A stretch of 52,659 bases of DNA, the filler included, from Trypethelium eluteriae (Eukaryota): the NCBI GenBank assembly GCA_051942245.1. It is 2 parts of 2 records of this genome, joined end to end, with 100 filler letters (N's around TTAATTAATTAA, not from the genome) between each part and the next. Parts side by side here need not be neighbours in the genome. Positions count along the whole stretch, not along the records: positions 1 to 26,290 come from JAVECL010000356.1; 1 more part is not named here. One strand, written 5' to 3'. The number at the start of each line of letters is the position of its first letter. Within the stretch, counting starts at the first letter, position 1. Under the pieces are notes generated by a model. That model searched no databases. It saw nothing but the letters and a program-made list of their open reading frames with translations, and had not been told where the DNA came from. The translations under genes and the position numbers were made by a program. Positions 13,063 to 26,290 of the stretch are shown piece after piece.

Positions 13063-14217
13063 TTAATACGAGACACGCCCGTAAGCATTCATAGTAGGTG
13101 CCCTTCCAACGGCCCAGAAGAATCTGCCCATCATGTTAGTACCTTCTCATCGAACGTCCGCTTGCCTGTAAGACTCACTTATGCTGCCGTGTCGTATCAA
13201 TGCCCTCCGGATTCTCACTCACACACTCAATCCGATGCTTGCCCTCCGGCTTCCCTTCCAACAACCGCATCTTCTCAAAGAACACATACGCCCCGTAGGA
13301 GACGCAGCTAGTGTTCCCGGACAGCGGCCCCTTCTTCCCACGGAAATCGTAAAGCTGCTTCGACTGGATCTGCTTGGGACGGCGATCGGTGTTGTACATG
13401 TTCCGGAGTTCACGGCAGAAGCCAGCGGCGGTGACGCCGTCCTTACGCATGTGCGCGCCGATCTTGCGCCGTATCTCGTCGCAGCTGTCGAAGATGGGCG
13501 CGGTGTCGGACTCTTCGCCGGGGAGGTGGATGTCGTAGATGGTTTTGGACTGCGGCGCTGATGCTGATGCAGATGCAGATGCAGATTTAGACGTGGTGGT
13601 GGAGACAGGAGCGGCGCCAGAGGAAGCAACGCCTCCTTTCTGCGTGCCAGCGGGAGCGGACTTCGTGGCTGTGACCTTGCGCTTCTTCGGCATGGGGATG
13701 CCTTTTATCTCTCTCTTCTTGAAAAATCTCCAAGCTTCGTGGTAGGTCGCACAGCCGGCACCTTTGTCCTTGCCGCTTTGGCTCATAAAACGCGAGTATG
13801 CGTTGCTAGAGACACGGAGCGCTTTCTGAAATTCTCCGACTTTCATTCCGCCGGCTTCAATAAAGGTGTTGATCATGCGTCGAATTTGGTCACAGTTCTT
13901 GTCAATGAAAAGGCCTACAAGCTCGTCGTCCGAGTCATAATCGTCTTCCTCTTCGTCGTCGTCAGACGAGACTTCAACGATGCTGGCATCGTTGGGTTTC
14001 ATGCCAATACCAGATTCGTGGGACTTGGAATTGGAGTCGAAGCCGGCATCAGTAGCAGTACGTTTAGCGCTCGTCGAGGACGTGCTAGTTGCGGTTGTAA
14101 GAGAATTCGCGGCAATTGACGCAAGAGCGCGGCGCTTGGTCTGTCAACAGAGCTGTCAGTGTGCTTCCTGGTCAAGGTATCTCGTTTGTAACTCACAGCA
14201 GGAATCTTAGGCGGCAT
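13063..14217 (-). CDS. Conserved fungal hypothetical protein with two tandem copies of a CDQIRR.I / CDEIRRKI domain (DUF7726-like); exons 14217-14197, 14140-13179, 13123-13063
   Basis: Two repeats (NCDQIRRMINTF...F..Q.G...G...Y..A..FF and SCDEIRRKI...F..KKGP..G...YGAYVFFEK). GT-AG introns 14141-14196 and 13124-13178 have CTGAC/CTAAC branch sites and restore the frame. Confidence 0.8.
13557..13586. repeat. Hexanucleotide (GCWGAT)5 microsatellite encoding an SA repeat
   Basis: gctgat gctgat gcagat gcagat gcagat, within the CDS linker. Confidence 0.8.
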
Positions 14218-14580
14218 ATCGAATGGAACTGATTCTCAATGGTCTAGTAGAATAGGCCTATTCAATATACACAAGCAGGAGACATAATTGTAGAACAAAA
14301 AAAGGACCAAAGCCAATCAACGGGGAGACGGGATTAGGGGAATTAAAGTTCGCGTCCGTGACGTGATATTGTGAATCTGACCACATCGAGATATGTGCAT
14401 AACACGAGAAGATCACGCTAGCACGTGACGATCATGAGAGCCTCAAAAGATAAATTTTGCTGAGCTTAGATGTCCAGAATGCCACGCGTGGAGCTCGAAC
14501 GTGAACGGATACGTGTAAAAACTATGCAAGATAACCAATTGCAGACGACTGCTCCAACGCAAAGAGTGCTCTTAATGATC

Positions 14581-15350
14581 TTATTCTTCCTTGGCCCCTC
14601 CACGTCCAGACCTCTCAGCCTCTTCAATACTCTTCTTATCCGTCTTAATCTCGCCGCCTCCCATGCCAAACATACCGGCCGCCTTCCATGGCCTCTTCAT
14701 GTCACCCGATGCCGCTTGTCCAAGAACATGAATCTTAACCAAATTGCTCTCAAAGGCACCCTTCAAAGGGATGACGGATTGGACCAGGAGCGGGTTGGTG
14801 AACTTGAAGTACAGGTGCATGACTGAAACCATGCCGATACCCATCAATTGTCCCCGGAACAGTGTCCTGAGCTGTTGGAGATCGTAGGCGTGGATCGTGG
14901 TGGTGACGGACTTTGGCTCTTCTTGCGAACCCATTGGTGGCGGCTCGACGTACTTGATAACCGTCATATCTGCACTTGTTAGCTGTGATAGGAGACAATG
15001 AGGCTAGCAACGCGACTCAAAACGGCGCATCAAGGATATCGTACCCTTCTTCTTGTTGATCTGCTGCTGCACATAGAGATATATGCCAGCGATAATCAAA
15101 TTTGAGGTCACGTAGAGTGCGCGCACCAGATTGAGGACGTTCGGGTTGTCGAACGGCACCATCTTCGAGAACTGCATGAAAAACCTAAACCCATAGTCAG
15201 AGCCGGCAGATACGAGCGAACTTGCGCCGAGGAGCCATACAGCAGGATAAGAAGGTTTGTACTGCAAGGTTGAAAAGTTAGCTATTTCACTTATTGGAAA
15301 GCATGCATGAGACCGCACATTTGAGGATTGATTCCACCGATTCCTGCCAT
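14581..15350 (-). CDS. PHO88: Pho88/Snd3 ER membrane protein (SRP-independent targeting), multi-exon
   Basis: INPQ(I)TNLLIL..., KMVPFDNPNVL..VR.LY, INKK, KYVEPPPMGS.EE, YD...L, MHLYFKFTNPLLVQS.IP.K.AFE.NLVKIH.LG..A.GD.KRPWK. Confidence 0.92.
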
Positions 15351-15829
15351 TTTGACGATGTCACTGGTGGTTCAAGATGAATTCTCAAGGCAGAAGAGCG
15401 TAGATGGATTGAGATCTCTGAGAGAAAGGTGTGGTGGTGTTGTAAGAGTGTTGAGTTCACAATTTTGGAGCACCGGAGCTGGCGGAGGGTTTTCGCCGAA
15501 TAGTCGTGCTAAACGTAGTGCAAGCTGTCCAGCCGTGCCAGCCCATGCAGCCACGACTCTGTAGGCTTCTTTCGACTTCCACGCCGGAAGCCGATCCCCG
15601 TCAGCTCATAGTTACACAGTTGTCTCTATAAATGTACCGCTTTTTGGAGCAAGGCGGTTTTGCGGGTGTCGTGGGTGTCTGGTAGCGTATGTTTGGACGC
15701 GGATGTGGACCAGGGCAGATCTCAACCACCAAGAATTCGGCGCCATAGTTTGCTAATGTTTATTCTACTTTCCCCTTGTGCTAGCTATCTCATCCCAGAT
15801 CTACACAGTGAACTAATGGATGCAGGGAT

Positions 15830-17659
15830 TCATATCTGCTTGACCTCCCTCTGCCATCTCCATGGCTGTTTCTGAAAACTTTTTGGGTCTTCCCTTGCAC
15901 CCTCTTTCCAGTATTCATATTCCATCCATACATCCTCTTTCATTTGCTCCTCCATCAGCTCCATCCACTCACCAAGCTCAGGGGCCAAAGGAACTGTTCC
16001 AGTCTCCACCACATATTGATCCCAAAGCTTCAGCAGCTGCTTCATTCTTTCGGGCTCCTTTTCTGCTAGATCGTATATCTCGCCAGGATCATTCTTGAGA
16101 TTGTACAGCTGCCAGCGCTCAGGACCTTTGGGCTTTGGAACGAAGACAATTTTCCAATCACCTTTGCGAACTGCCGCTCTACCACAAGTCTCCCACCCAT
16201 TAACAAACTCATCTTCGTGGACCTTATCGTCTTTGCCTTGGATGAATGGCAACATGGATTTGCCTCGTACGGGCACGACTTCCCTCCCTTGGTAACTAGG
16301 CGCCGGATGCTTTACACCAGCCATTTCGAGGATGGTTGGAGTTAGGTCCATCACTGTTGAGAACTTATGCGTGATACCGCCATTCGCGGCAGATTTATCG
16401 GCCAAACCAGTTGGCCATTTTGCGAGGAATGGGACACGGACGCCACCCTCAGTCGTGTACGCTTTATACAGTCTGCTTGGGGCAGTTGCTGCCTGGGCCC
16501 AGCGGGGACCATACCAGATGAAGGAATTGCCAGCGCCGAGGTTTTCAAGACTGTTGTCATAGTACTTTTGCAGGTGCTGAAGCATTGTTCCCTGTACGAT
16601 GGGATACGCTTCATATGCTGCGCCCTCAGCGCCATTATCAGACATGAAACAAACAAAGGTATTGTCAAGTTCGCCGGTTTTCTCCAGGTAAGATACCACT
16701 TTCCCCACGTTAGCGTCGATGCACTCGACCATGGCCGCAAAAATTTCCATCGCGCGCGACGATTTTGCTTGCTCCTCACTAGTTAACTCGGTCCAGGGCT
16801 TTACCTCGTCTGCTACCACGGGATGAGGTTCGGCATCCTGTGGGACAAGGCCCATCTTCTTGAGACTTTGCAAACGTTGCTGTCGGAGGACGTCTGGCCC
16901 GTCCTTGTACATGCCTTTGTATTTCTGGATATACTCCCTAGGCGCTTGAAGCGGCCAGTGAGGGGCAGTAAATGGGAGGTAAGCAAAGAAGGGTTTGTCT
17001 TTATCTGAACCTTCCTGTCGTTCCTGCAGATATTGGACCATCTTGTCACCATATCCATCACTACTATACCAACCATCAGGCAATTTCTTCACGTACTCTC
17101 CGTCTTCACTGTGCAGGGCAATGAAGCTCATGGTCATGAATTCTGGAATTTTGTCTTGGCCCTGCAGCTGCGGCTCAAAGCCGTAATGATTACTACAGGC
17201 TGGCAAATGTGCGAAGCTCCGTGTGAAACCTCTAGCTTTTGGACTCCGATCTGGTGTCAAGCCTAGGTGCCATTTCCCCGACATTAAGGTCAGATATCCA
17301 GCATCTCTCAGCAGCTCCGGCAAAGCAACGACACGCTCGTTGAGGTAGCCCTCGTAGCCAGGCATTCCACGTTGTGGCGCAGTATCTAGCTTTCCACCCT
17401 TTGGTCCATTCTGTCCGCTGATGTTCGTCCATTCAATGAGGTTTCCTAATCCGGCGATGTGGTGATCGGTCCCTGTAAGGATCATGGCACGCGATGGAGA
17501 ACAAGCAGCAGCGGCATGAAAATCGGTGAATCGAAGACCTTTGGAAGCGATGGCATCGAGGTTTGGAGTTGATATCTCGGAGCCAAAGCAACCGATGTCG
17601 CTGAAACCCAGATCATCGGCCACCACCATGAGGATATTGGGACGTTTTTGGGATGCCAT
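15830..17659 (-). CDS. Arylsulfatase (Cys-type formylglycine sulfatase, AtsA-like), intronless
   Basis: RPNIL.VVADDLG.SD, the CSPSR (CxPxR) signature with LTG, GKWHLG, PH.PLQAP, SDNG, EGGVRVP and LYNL..DPGE. Confidence 0.95.
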   Translation of the reverse strand: MASQKRPNILMVVADDLGFSDIGCFGSEISTPNLDAIASKGLRFTDFHAAAACSPSRAMILTGTDHHIAGLGNLIEWTNISGQNGPKGGKLDTAPQRGMPGYEGYLNERVVALPELLRDAGYLTLMSGKWHLGLTPDRSPKARGFTRSFAHLPACSNHYGFEPQLQGQDKIPEFMTMSFIALHSEDGEYVKKLPDGWYSSDGYGDKMVQYLQERQEGSDKDKPFFAYLPFTAPHWPLQAPREYIQKYKGMYKDGPDVLRQQRLQSLKKMGLVPQDAEPHPVVADEVKPWTELTSEEQAKSSRAMEIFAAMVECIDANVGKVVSYLEKTGELDNTFVCFMSDNGAEGAAYEAYPIVQGTMLQHLQKYYDNSLENLGAGNSFIWYGPRWAQAATAPSRLYKAYTTEGGVRVPFLAKWPTGLADKSAANGGITHKFSTVMDLTPTILEMAGVKHPAPSYQGREVVPVRGKSMLPFIQGKDDKVHEDEFVNGWETCGRAAVRKGDWKIVFVPKPKGPERWQLYNLKNDPGEIYDLAEKEPERMKQLLKLWDQYVVETGTVPLAPELGEWMELMEEQMKEDVWMEYEYWKEGAREDPKSFQKQPWRWQREVKQI

Positions 17660-18770
17660 GACGAATTATTGTGTGGGATTTGCACTTGATGCTTTTCAGC
17701 TCGGTTGCGAAAACACAGTGAGCGAGATGGCAGCCAATGTGCAATAATCAAGCCAAATCTGGATCAGTACCGTGCGTCTTTTGCACCAAGCTAGACTTAT
17801 GGAGTGATCGCGTGCTGAGAGAAATTGAATTAATTAAATCTCGTAGAGACGATTGATACGTGCCGCTATATGAATTGTCACTCTGCCATCCACAAGAATT
17901 TGACACTTGGCTGGTAGTAACCAAAAGTGCCAGTGACTAAATTCGCATACTTGAGTGGTGCGCGTCCTTTTTGTCTTCGAGACATTTGAGGGGTCAGACA
18001 GGGAGCATGGCGTGCATGGGGCATGGGCGCATGGATATGACATCCTCCGACAATTTCTCTCCGTCCCGCCTTGGTCCTGTCCATCATCGCTCACTGGACT
18101 TCGTGAATATGCCTCACACCGACTGTGCGATTTTCTAAAAGCTCCAGACAGGTACATCTGGCAGCTACTGATGTATGGAACAATTCATCTTGTTGCATGC
18201 CTAATTAAAGGAGATCTCCATCAAGTAGTACGATACTTACAGTACGCGATGAGGGACAAGATAAGAAATGTCAGCATTGGATATTCTCTAATACGTTCCA
18301 ACCTCCTCAGTTCAGAGCTTCTCAGCAACACCCACCAATGGCCGTTCAGGATCATGGATAAGAGCTCAGTTGGATACAGAGCAAAGACTGGCAGCAGCTC
18401 TTCCCGATAGCCTGAGCTTTCCTTAACCGGGGATCATCCTAACAAGACTTCGGGCTTCACTAAGCGCAGCCAACACTCTACCGTTCTTCTAGTGAGCAAA
18501 TCAGACAGTCGATTGGAAATGTGCCTAATGAGGGTTTATTGATACGGCTCAGAACCGCTTATCGAACCTTCCGTTAACCATGGACAAATCCTCCAAGGAA
18601 AGGACCAGATGCTCCATTCATCCGAGAGAGCCCATAGCCTTGCCAAGTCACCGCAGTCTCAAATTTATCTCTCAGTCATCAGGTATGCTTTATTGTTCAG
18701 AGTGAACAGATATCTGATAGAAAATTGGAACCATAGCAAGGTGGCAAACTTCAGCACTACCCACTCTTAT

Positions 18771-19878
18771 CTAGATAGAGTTTGGGTATTTGATCGCCAT
18801 CCATGCTTCAGTTTTGCCCATTACAATAGCTTTTCTGGCAATGATCCACGTCATTTCGAAGTTCCAATTGTCAACTGCATCGCTTTCTTCACGTTTAATT
18901 GCATCGATCAGGTCTGCAATTTCTTGCGCATCTTCATCGAGTTGCTCTTTTTCAGAGCTTGGAATTGACGACGCCGCGGCAGCGGCTCTCTTACGTCTCA
19001 TACTTGGTTCGAGAAGAGTGAGGGCAGCTCCAGTGATAACGTGTCTCTTTCCTGCAATGACGACTGCACTCTGGATATGTGCTGTTGAGACCGTCTCCAG
19101 ACGCCGAATTCGCATTGAATCGCTATTGAAGCTATTCGGATTCTGGTGCCCTTGCGGAACCTCCGTTTGAAGCGATTGTATGGTTCGAATTAAGGGCGTG
19201 GCGATCCTGAATTGGAGTCAGATGATTTCTTCGAGGTTTTATGATCAAGGCCTCGGCTGACCCTGGAAGGAGGCCCCGCGCAATCTTCTCTGGGATGAGA
19301 TGATTGATGATCGATGTCGAAATTGGAGTCTCAGGGGCGGTCCAACTGTCGCCAGGATCGCACTCCTGCCATTGAAGGTATCCCCCAGGACCTAGGATGT
19401 GAAAACGTTATCGCCCAGAGGCTATCTCAGAGTTGAGCTGCTAGCACTAACGTAATAATTGTATTATATTTCTCACTGTTTTCTCTAGATCTCTTGCCTG
19501 GAGAACCCAACTGACAAGTCGAACATTGACTAAGTCAAATTGCTCATGATATTCTAATGGAAAAGGCCTCGTCATATCATGAACCACAAGCTCGACCCCG
19601 TCTTCAAGCTCCTCCTTAGTTGGATATTGTTGTGGTGAAATATCAAAGCCCACGAAGGAAGTATTCTTTCCCCTGAACTCCGAGCTTGAAGCCAGCTCTC
19701 GTAACCAGATGCCCGTGCCGGTGGCCACGTCAGCTACTGCGTTCAGATTCTTCCACGGGATTTCAGGATGGACTAAGTAATCTTTTGACAAACTTCGGAG
19801 GAATTTGTGCTGAGCATCCAGACGTTTGGACTCCGTACTATCTCGTGGAAGCATGTACCCGTCGTCTGTGGTGGCCAT
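18771..19878 (-). CDS. SAM-dependent methyltransferase (LaeA-like / Methyltransf_23-type); exons 19878-19452, 19391-19262, 19206-18771
   Basis: Y.LPRD..ESKRLDAQH, VADVATGTGIWL, GFDIS, FDLVNVR and LRPGGYLQW.E. Splicing links ORF 19447-19878 to ORF 18771-19115 in frame. Confidence 0.85.
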
Positions 19879-22071
19879 GACGTTGTGATTTTTCCGTCCT
19901 CAGAAGACCTATGCAATCACATGCGAAACGAGGCAGCTGCAAATCAAGTCTGATGGTGGACGTGGCCTTGTATGCTGAGTAAACAAAAACGGATGACACC
20001 GGCAGCGCAAGACTTGATCAGAGCACGGAGGACAGCGACACAACCCGTCTGCACTGGAGCATCAGTGATACGTATCTCCCCTCGGCGAAACCCATAGCTA
20101 TCGACCAGGTCCCAGGGTGCCAAAGGAATAATAGTCGAGCAAGTTCACCGCCAAGGCCAATGCAAGCTACGAGTCACCGATGGATGGGACACTACCTGAA
20201 GTTTGTGGAGCACACCGCAACACGGCACGGCACGGACACGCTTACACAGTAGAGTACCGCTCCGGATCAAATTATATCTCAACTCCGAGCTACTCACCTA
20301 CTCAAGGCCCAACCTCGTCACCGACGCGAAAAAGCAGGCGGCAGAAGCGATCAGTCACAATCCAAACGATAGTCTATGATCAAAGCAATGCACCTCAAAA
20401 CGCGAGCCGTGACGATGATGCAGCGACATGATGAGCATCTTGGCCGCGTTTGGGTAATGGTAAACTTTGCCAGTGCTGAGGACTCCTGTGCCGCAATCTG
20501 CTCCTTTCCTGTGGCGCAGTAGCTTCCAATGCTGATGATTACTCAGGTCTGTTGTAATTGCCATCAAGCGCTTAACGGCGACGCTGGAGGCCAATCTCGA
20601 CGGTGTCAGCTGCAAGTATAAGGCTATCGCATCGCTCATACTACGCCATTGGGCGCCACGTAGGATACACTGGCATTGCTAGCTGGACGTGCGTTGAGCC
20701 GGTAGCCGAAGTTTTGGGAAGGATAGTCACCGCAGAAATTCGTATCCACACTCGCTCCTTGGTCTCCACCACCAAGACATCAACATCGACATCTAGTAGC
20801 AGCAAATTTCAGGAAGTTCACAGGTCTGATAACCCGATCCAGGATCTTGATCTGGAGCAAGGACAGTGAGCTTCGTCAGCTATGGTCAACCATGAAGCAA
20901 AGACTTCTGACGGTACTTCCTTGCATCCAATTGCGGTTACCGATCATATAGATGTGCATTAGGAATGTCGGAGAATACCGAAATGGTCGCGATGAATGAC
21001 CCCTTCTACAGCCGTGCCTATGGATAAAATTTTCTGCCAGAGTGATAGGTCGACATCCAGTGGAGATGCTGAGAGTGCCGAAAGAAAGAGCTCTACATAG
21101 AACCCATCGAGATCTGTTTCTGTTGCCCTGCGACTGTTCTTCGAGCTCGAGCAACAGGAACGATACTCTCGGAACTGCCAGAAAGAAAAGGGCGACTTTT
21201 GCAGAAGGGAGTCAAGATGATCCATGCTATCGTTCGAATCATTCTCGTAAATCATCAGGCATATAGTCGAAGGGAGATCCAGAATGCGCTGTAGGTCCGA
21301 TGTGGATGCTTTATGCGATGCAGATCAAGTGCTTCAGAAGAACGGGCGGAGAAATGGCTACACGAAACTGGACCAAAGGGGCCTGAACCTTCGCCACCAC
21401 CGCGAATGGGGGTTGATCTTCGACATCAGGACTTCTCCGATTCTGACACCCTTCTCTGTACCTTTTAGACGCAGCAAATATGATATTGCTTATATTTGAA
21501 GGATAGATAAGTCACAGAGCCAAACGATGAATTTGACGTTCGGGTTCATTACCTCGGTTACTCCATATTCTTTCGACGGATAATGAAAATAGCATAATGG
21601 CTGGAATAGAGTCTGCTGATGAGTACCTAGGTAGTTCATACGGTCATTCGCCTATATTTGGCAACGCTGTATGTGTCATTCGAATCTTACTAGACTTCCA
21701 CTTTATGAGGCACCAGCCTTTGTCACCAGCAACAACAAGCGATCGCCTATACCCTTCCAGAGGTCACAGGCCTGATCCTGCACATCGTCTGGACGGATAT
21801 GGGAGTGCTTCCCGAATCGCGACGAGGCTTATGAACGGCGATACTATGGGATACGCAGCAGGTACATCCAATATGGTGTTGGTATATTTTCCGAGTAATA
21901 CAGGCTTGCATACATGATGCTGCTCCTTGCAATAGGCGTTGCTGATCTTGGATGGACTTATTGACGCGTTTTAACCATCTAAGCGTAACCAGATGAACAA
22001 CATCGTCATCTCTTCATCCTGACCGAAGGAAACCATCAAAACCGGAACCCTGCGAAATCACTTCATCCTTC

Positions 22072-24028
22072 TCATCCCTTCGTCGAAGCCGTCTCTTGCT
22101 CCACCAGATCCTTACTCGACGCGTACGTATCCACATGTGCAATCTCCTCCAAGCTCTTCCCCTTCGTCTCCGTCAGCACCGTCCAGCTGAACATCGCAAT
22201 CACCGTATCGAACAGTCCCCACAGCAAGAATGTGCCCCATCCGAGGTTAGTGATCATGTACGGCGTCGACAGGGTGAAGACGAAATTCCAAAGCCACTGA
22301 GCCGCGACTCCCGTCGCCACGCCCGGCTCCCGAATGCGGGCGCTGAAGATCTCGCTCACATAGGGCCAGGGTAGCGGGCCCCACGACAGGTTGTACGCGA
22401 TGACGAAGAGGTAGATGAGGGCTACAGTGGCGATGCCGCTGTGCGTGACGTTGGTGTGACCGCCTGCCGGGGCTGCAGGCGGGGGCGGCTTGTACTTGAC
22501 GACGACGGCGGTGGTAATGAGGCAGGCAGCCATGCAGAGGGCGCCCACGGTGAGCTGGATGCGGCGACCGAAGCGGTCAGCGATGAGAAAGACGAAGCAG
22601 GCGCAGGCGACGACTTTGACGGCGCCGAAGATGCCGGAGAGGAGCAGGGCTTGCGAGCCGGAGCCGCCGACGAGCTTCTTGAAGTATTGGGTTGAGTAGT
22701 AGGCGAAGGCTGTGGCGCCCGTGGCTTGTTGGGCGGTGAAGACGGCGAAGGCCATGGCCAGGGGATAGAGGTTTTGACGTTGGATGAGCTCTGAGAGGGA
22801 GTGTTAGTAATCTTTCCAGGAGTTCTGCAAGAGAAGGAGCGCGGTAAGACGATCGAAGTGTGGAACTGCCGTACCTTTGAGCCTAAAGCCCTCGGTAGCT
22901 TGGAATTCCATCTCAACACCGTATCTGATCTCTTGCATCTCATCCTCGGTGACTTGGGAGTCATCGGCACGGATCCACTTAAGACTCTCCCAAGCTTCTG
23001 CGTGACGGCCCTTTTTCGTCAGCCAACGCACACTTTCCGTAACAGTGAACATGCTCAGGCCAAGCAATCCAGCTGGAATCAGTTGAAGAGCAATAGGAAT
23101 TTGCCATTGCATAGCCATAGAGGAAGCCACATTCTTCTGTACGCCGTAGTCAACCCAATATGAGAGGAAAATACCTAGAATGACGTAAGTGCGATCCCCA
23201 AGATTAAGCTTTGTACAAGAAATTTGCGTACCCCAAGTATACATCCATTGGAACATGCCACCAAGAGTACCTCTGATTTCTTTAGGGGCCATCTCACTGG
23301 TAAACATGGGCACAACCACAGTCGCAGAACCCAAACCCAGACCGGCGATAACACGTGCTACGTAGAAGGCAGGTAATGAGTGGGTGTTGATTGTCTGGAT
23401 CAATGCGCCAATGCAGAACGTGACGGAAGACACCATGAGAGACCTTCTCCGTCCCAGCGCATTTGTCATTGGCCAGACGAGAAAACAACCGACGAAACCG
23501 CCAAGTTGCTGAAGACTAACAGCTAAAGAGGTAACCCCTGATACGGCAATTAATTAAGCAGTCTGCACTTCGCCGAAGTCAGAACAGACTCACTGGTCGA
23601 TTGTTTCGTTGTGTAACGATAGTCCTTTTCATAAGAGGCGAAGGTAAGGACACCACCTAAATATTTTTTAGACTGATGACGGCGAGTAGCATATGTCTGG
23701 GAAACTATTTCATACCAACACTAGTAGAGACGGAAGTCAGCTTGAATCCCATCCTCATACAGGCACACAGGTCTTGCTGCGATACTTACATTCCCGAATC
23801 ATATCCAAAGAGAAACCCTCCTCCCAGATTGACAATGAATGCGAGCCACCACACACGAATCAACCCCAATCTAGTCCCTGCCTTCATCTTCATCTTGGCG
23901 GTGTTGGAGCGCCAATGATCGGTCTCAATCAAGGGAGCGGACTCGCCGTGCTCGTCGTTGTCGACAGGACTCTCGACAGGACTCTCAGGCTGGATGTCAG
24001 GACCGCGAGAGGACGTTGCATCCGTCAT
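22072..24028 (-). CDS. MFS sugar porter family transporter (quinate-permease-like), multi-exon
   Basis: GGFLFGYDSG, LGRRRSL, ARVIAGLGLG..TVVVP.F.SE.AP..IRG, QQ.TG...FAYY, DRFGRR, SWGPLPWPYVSEIF and ETKGKSLEEI. Confidence 0.92.
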
Positions 24029-24668
24029 TACAGGTTGCAATGAGATATATGCAGCACGGCAGAGCCCACGCAATCACTTGACTACCCTGCACTAATTCTG
24101 GATTACGCCGTACAAGCCATACATCCAGGTCAGGGTTCGCACGCGGGGAGTGCTGCTTCTGGCCGCGCAGGAAGGTTAATTCTTTGTGGCCATTGGCTAC
24201 GCATGGCGTGCTGAGGACAAGAGACGGCCAGGAGCGATCTCAGGGTCCAAGCTTCCTTCATGCGACATTTGAGGCCTGGCGGGCCTGGTTCTTTGCAACA
24301 ATCAAACTCAAGCATCTCGCAGACATTGTAGCCAATTACCAGCGACCTTGATCATGCGCGGAACAACATTAACGTGGCTAGGCTAGACTACTTAGAGCCG
24401 AGGCTGACTACCGGGATGACGGCTGACGGTGTGAGTATGGGGAAATGCAAGCGGTGCAAGCCAAAGCCGTTCCATCTTGTCAGGCGGTGGCAAAAAACCG
24501 TCACCTCAAATGCAGGTCGATGGTGTCATCCTCGACAGCCGGCGATCGTTGGTACTCGACAACACCAGAGCGGGTCTTGGGCTACACAACCTGTACAGAG
24601 TAGCCAGGGTCCATTTCGTCTTGCATTCTACCTAATTTCCTTGCTCTCGCTCTTGTTCTACGGCTACC

Positions 24669-25944
24669 ATGTCAGAGCGGCCTTCCACGCCACCTCCACC
24701 CACCCGACAGCCAGGCACACTTCCGCAGTCTCCTCTGACGCCAGAGCAAGTCCGGCGCACAGTGAGTGATGACGAGATTATTCCCAGCAGCCCATATCCC
24801 GCTAAGTCAACATTACTAGGAAGAAAAACGACTAAAAGCAAAAGCGCTTCGGGAACAGAAAGAGGCCGCCTCACGATGCAATGACTCCACTATCCGCACC
24901 CCGTCTGGCTTCATCGCCGGTCAAAAACGACCACATAATGCCATCTCCACCTCCAACACTCCTGCCACAAATCGCGATGCTCGCACACCCAGCGTCGCGC
25001 CTTTCAGCAATGGCGCGGCTCCATCAAGAGCGTCCTCTAAGGCTCCTGACACCGGTATCCAAGCTGCGCGGAAATTCACCAAATATGTCGAGTACGACTT
25101 CAGTAAGATGGAAGACACCAAGGGTGGCTTCCTCACGGCAGAAGACGATCCACATAACCGAGCACTACATACTCCAAATCAGGAGGAGAAGCCGGCGCAT
25201 ATGACACTAAAGGAGTGGGAGCGGCACCAATTACTGAAGAAGCTTCGAGAGCAAAAAGCTGGGCCGTTTGAGCCCGGGATTAGTGGTGGGAAAGGCGAAG
25301 ACGTCTCTAAGCAATGTAAGGAGTGTGGCAGTCTGGAAATCGACTGGAAATGGGAGGAAATATTCGGATGTGCTGTGTGCAATTCTTGCAAGGAGCGTGT
25401 ACCAGAAAAGTATAGTCTATTGACCAAAACTGAAGCCAGGGAGGATTATCTTCTTACAGAACGTGAGCAACTGCCCACACTTGTTGCTGTACCTAGGACG
25501 GATTGGGCTGACTCAAAGTTTCTGGTAGCGGAACTCAAAGACGAAAGTTTACTACCTCATCTCGAAAAACCGAACCCCCATAAAGCTACCTGGAATAATA
25601 TGATGTTATTTTTGAGATGTCAAGTTGAAGAATATGCGTTTTCGGACAAAAAATGGGGCTCTGCAGAGGCTCTGGACGAAGAATTCGCAAGGCGTCAAGA
25701 CGAGATGAAGAAGAGGAAGGAGAAGAAATTCAAGACGAAACTAGAGGAGTTGAAGAAACGGACAAAGTTTGATGCATATCAACGGAGCAAGAGGCAAGGT
25801 AATGGGGTCGTTCAATTTGGAGATAGGCTTGCGGGGGGGAAGCATGAGCATGAATGGGGTAGGTCGGTGGAGGATCCTGAGACCGGTGCTACAAAGAAAG
25901 CATGCATTGAATGCGGCATGGAAGTAGAAGAGCTCGAGTTCTGA
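24669..25944 (+). CDS. RAD14: DNA repair protein Rad14 (XPA homologue); introns 24762-24819 and 25463-25528
   Basis: YVEYDFSKMEDTKGGFL, CKECGS...CAVCNSCKE zinc finger, KYSLLTKTEAREDYLLT, KPNPH, MMLFLR.QVE, KWGS.E.LDEEF and C-terminal HEHEWG...C.ECGMEVEELEF. Confidence 0.96.
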
Positions 25945-26195
25945 AAGATACCCGCATTTGTAACTGGACATAACCATTAACCTGGAAATTGCATGTTTTC
26001 TCCGGACTTCCCCTACACCGATGACGTTTCGCATCCCCGCATAACCATGGGCCCCACTCTACATCACAATTCATAGCAATACCTAATCATCTCCTCGCAC
26101 GCGCAACTTACGCCGAACCAACATTCGTACTTTGGACACTCTGCGGACACTCTTCGAAGCCACGCTCCAATCCTCAAAACAACAACACCATAGTA

Positions 26196-26290
26196 ATGGC
26201 GACCAACGGCGTCAACGGCATCCCCCACTCCAACAGCGATCCCCAACCACCACAACCAACTCCGCCGTCCTCCTCGTCTTCCTCCTCCTC
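26196..26290 (+). CDS. Probable 5' end of a gene truncated by the contig end (MATNGVNGIPHSNSDPQPPQPTPPSSSSSS...)
   Basis: ATG after a C/A-rich 5'UTR-like tract, open up to the N gap. Confidence 0.4.

Noticed and set aside
15862..17747. Numerous 60-140 aa antisense or overlapping ORFs here and over other long genes
   Set aside because: Shadow ORFs of real coding sequences, with no motifs of their own.
20428..20869. PTH11-like/rhodopsin-domain GPCR fragment (SAASIRL...WTCVEP)
   Set aside because: Only two short motifs, interrupted by stops, with no coherent gene model; at most an old relic.
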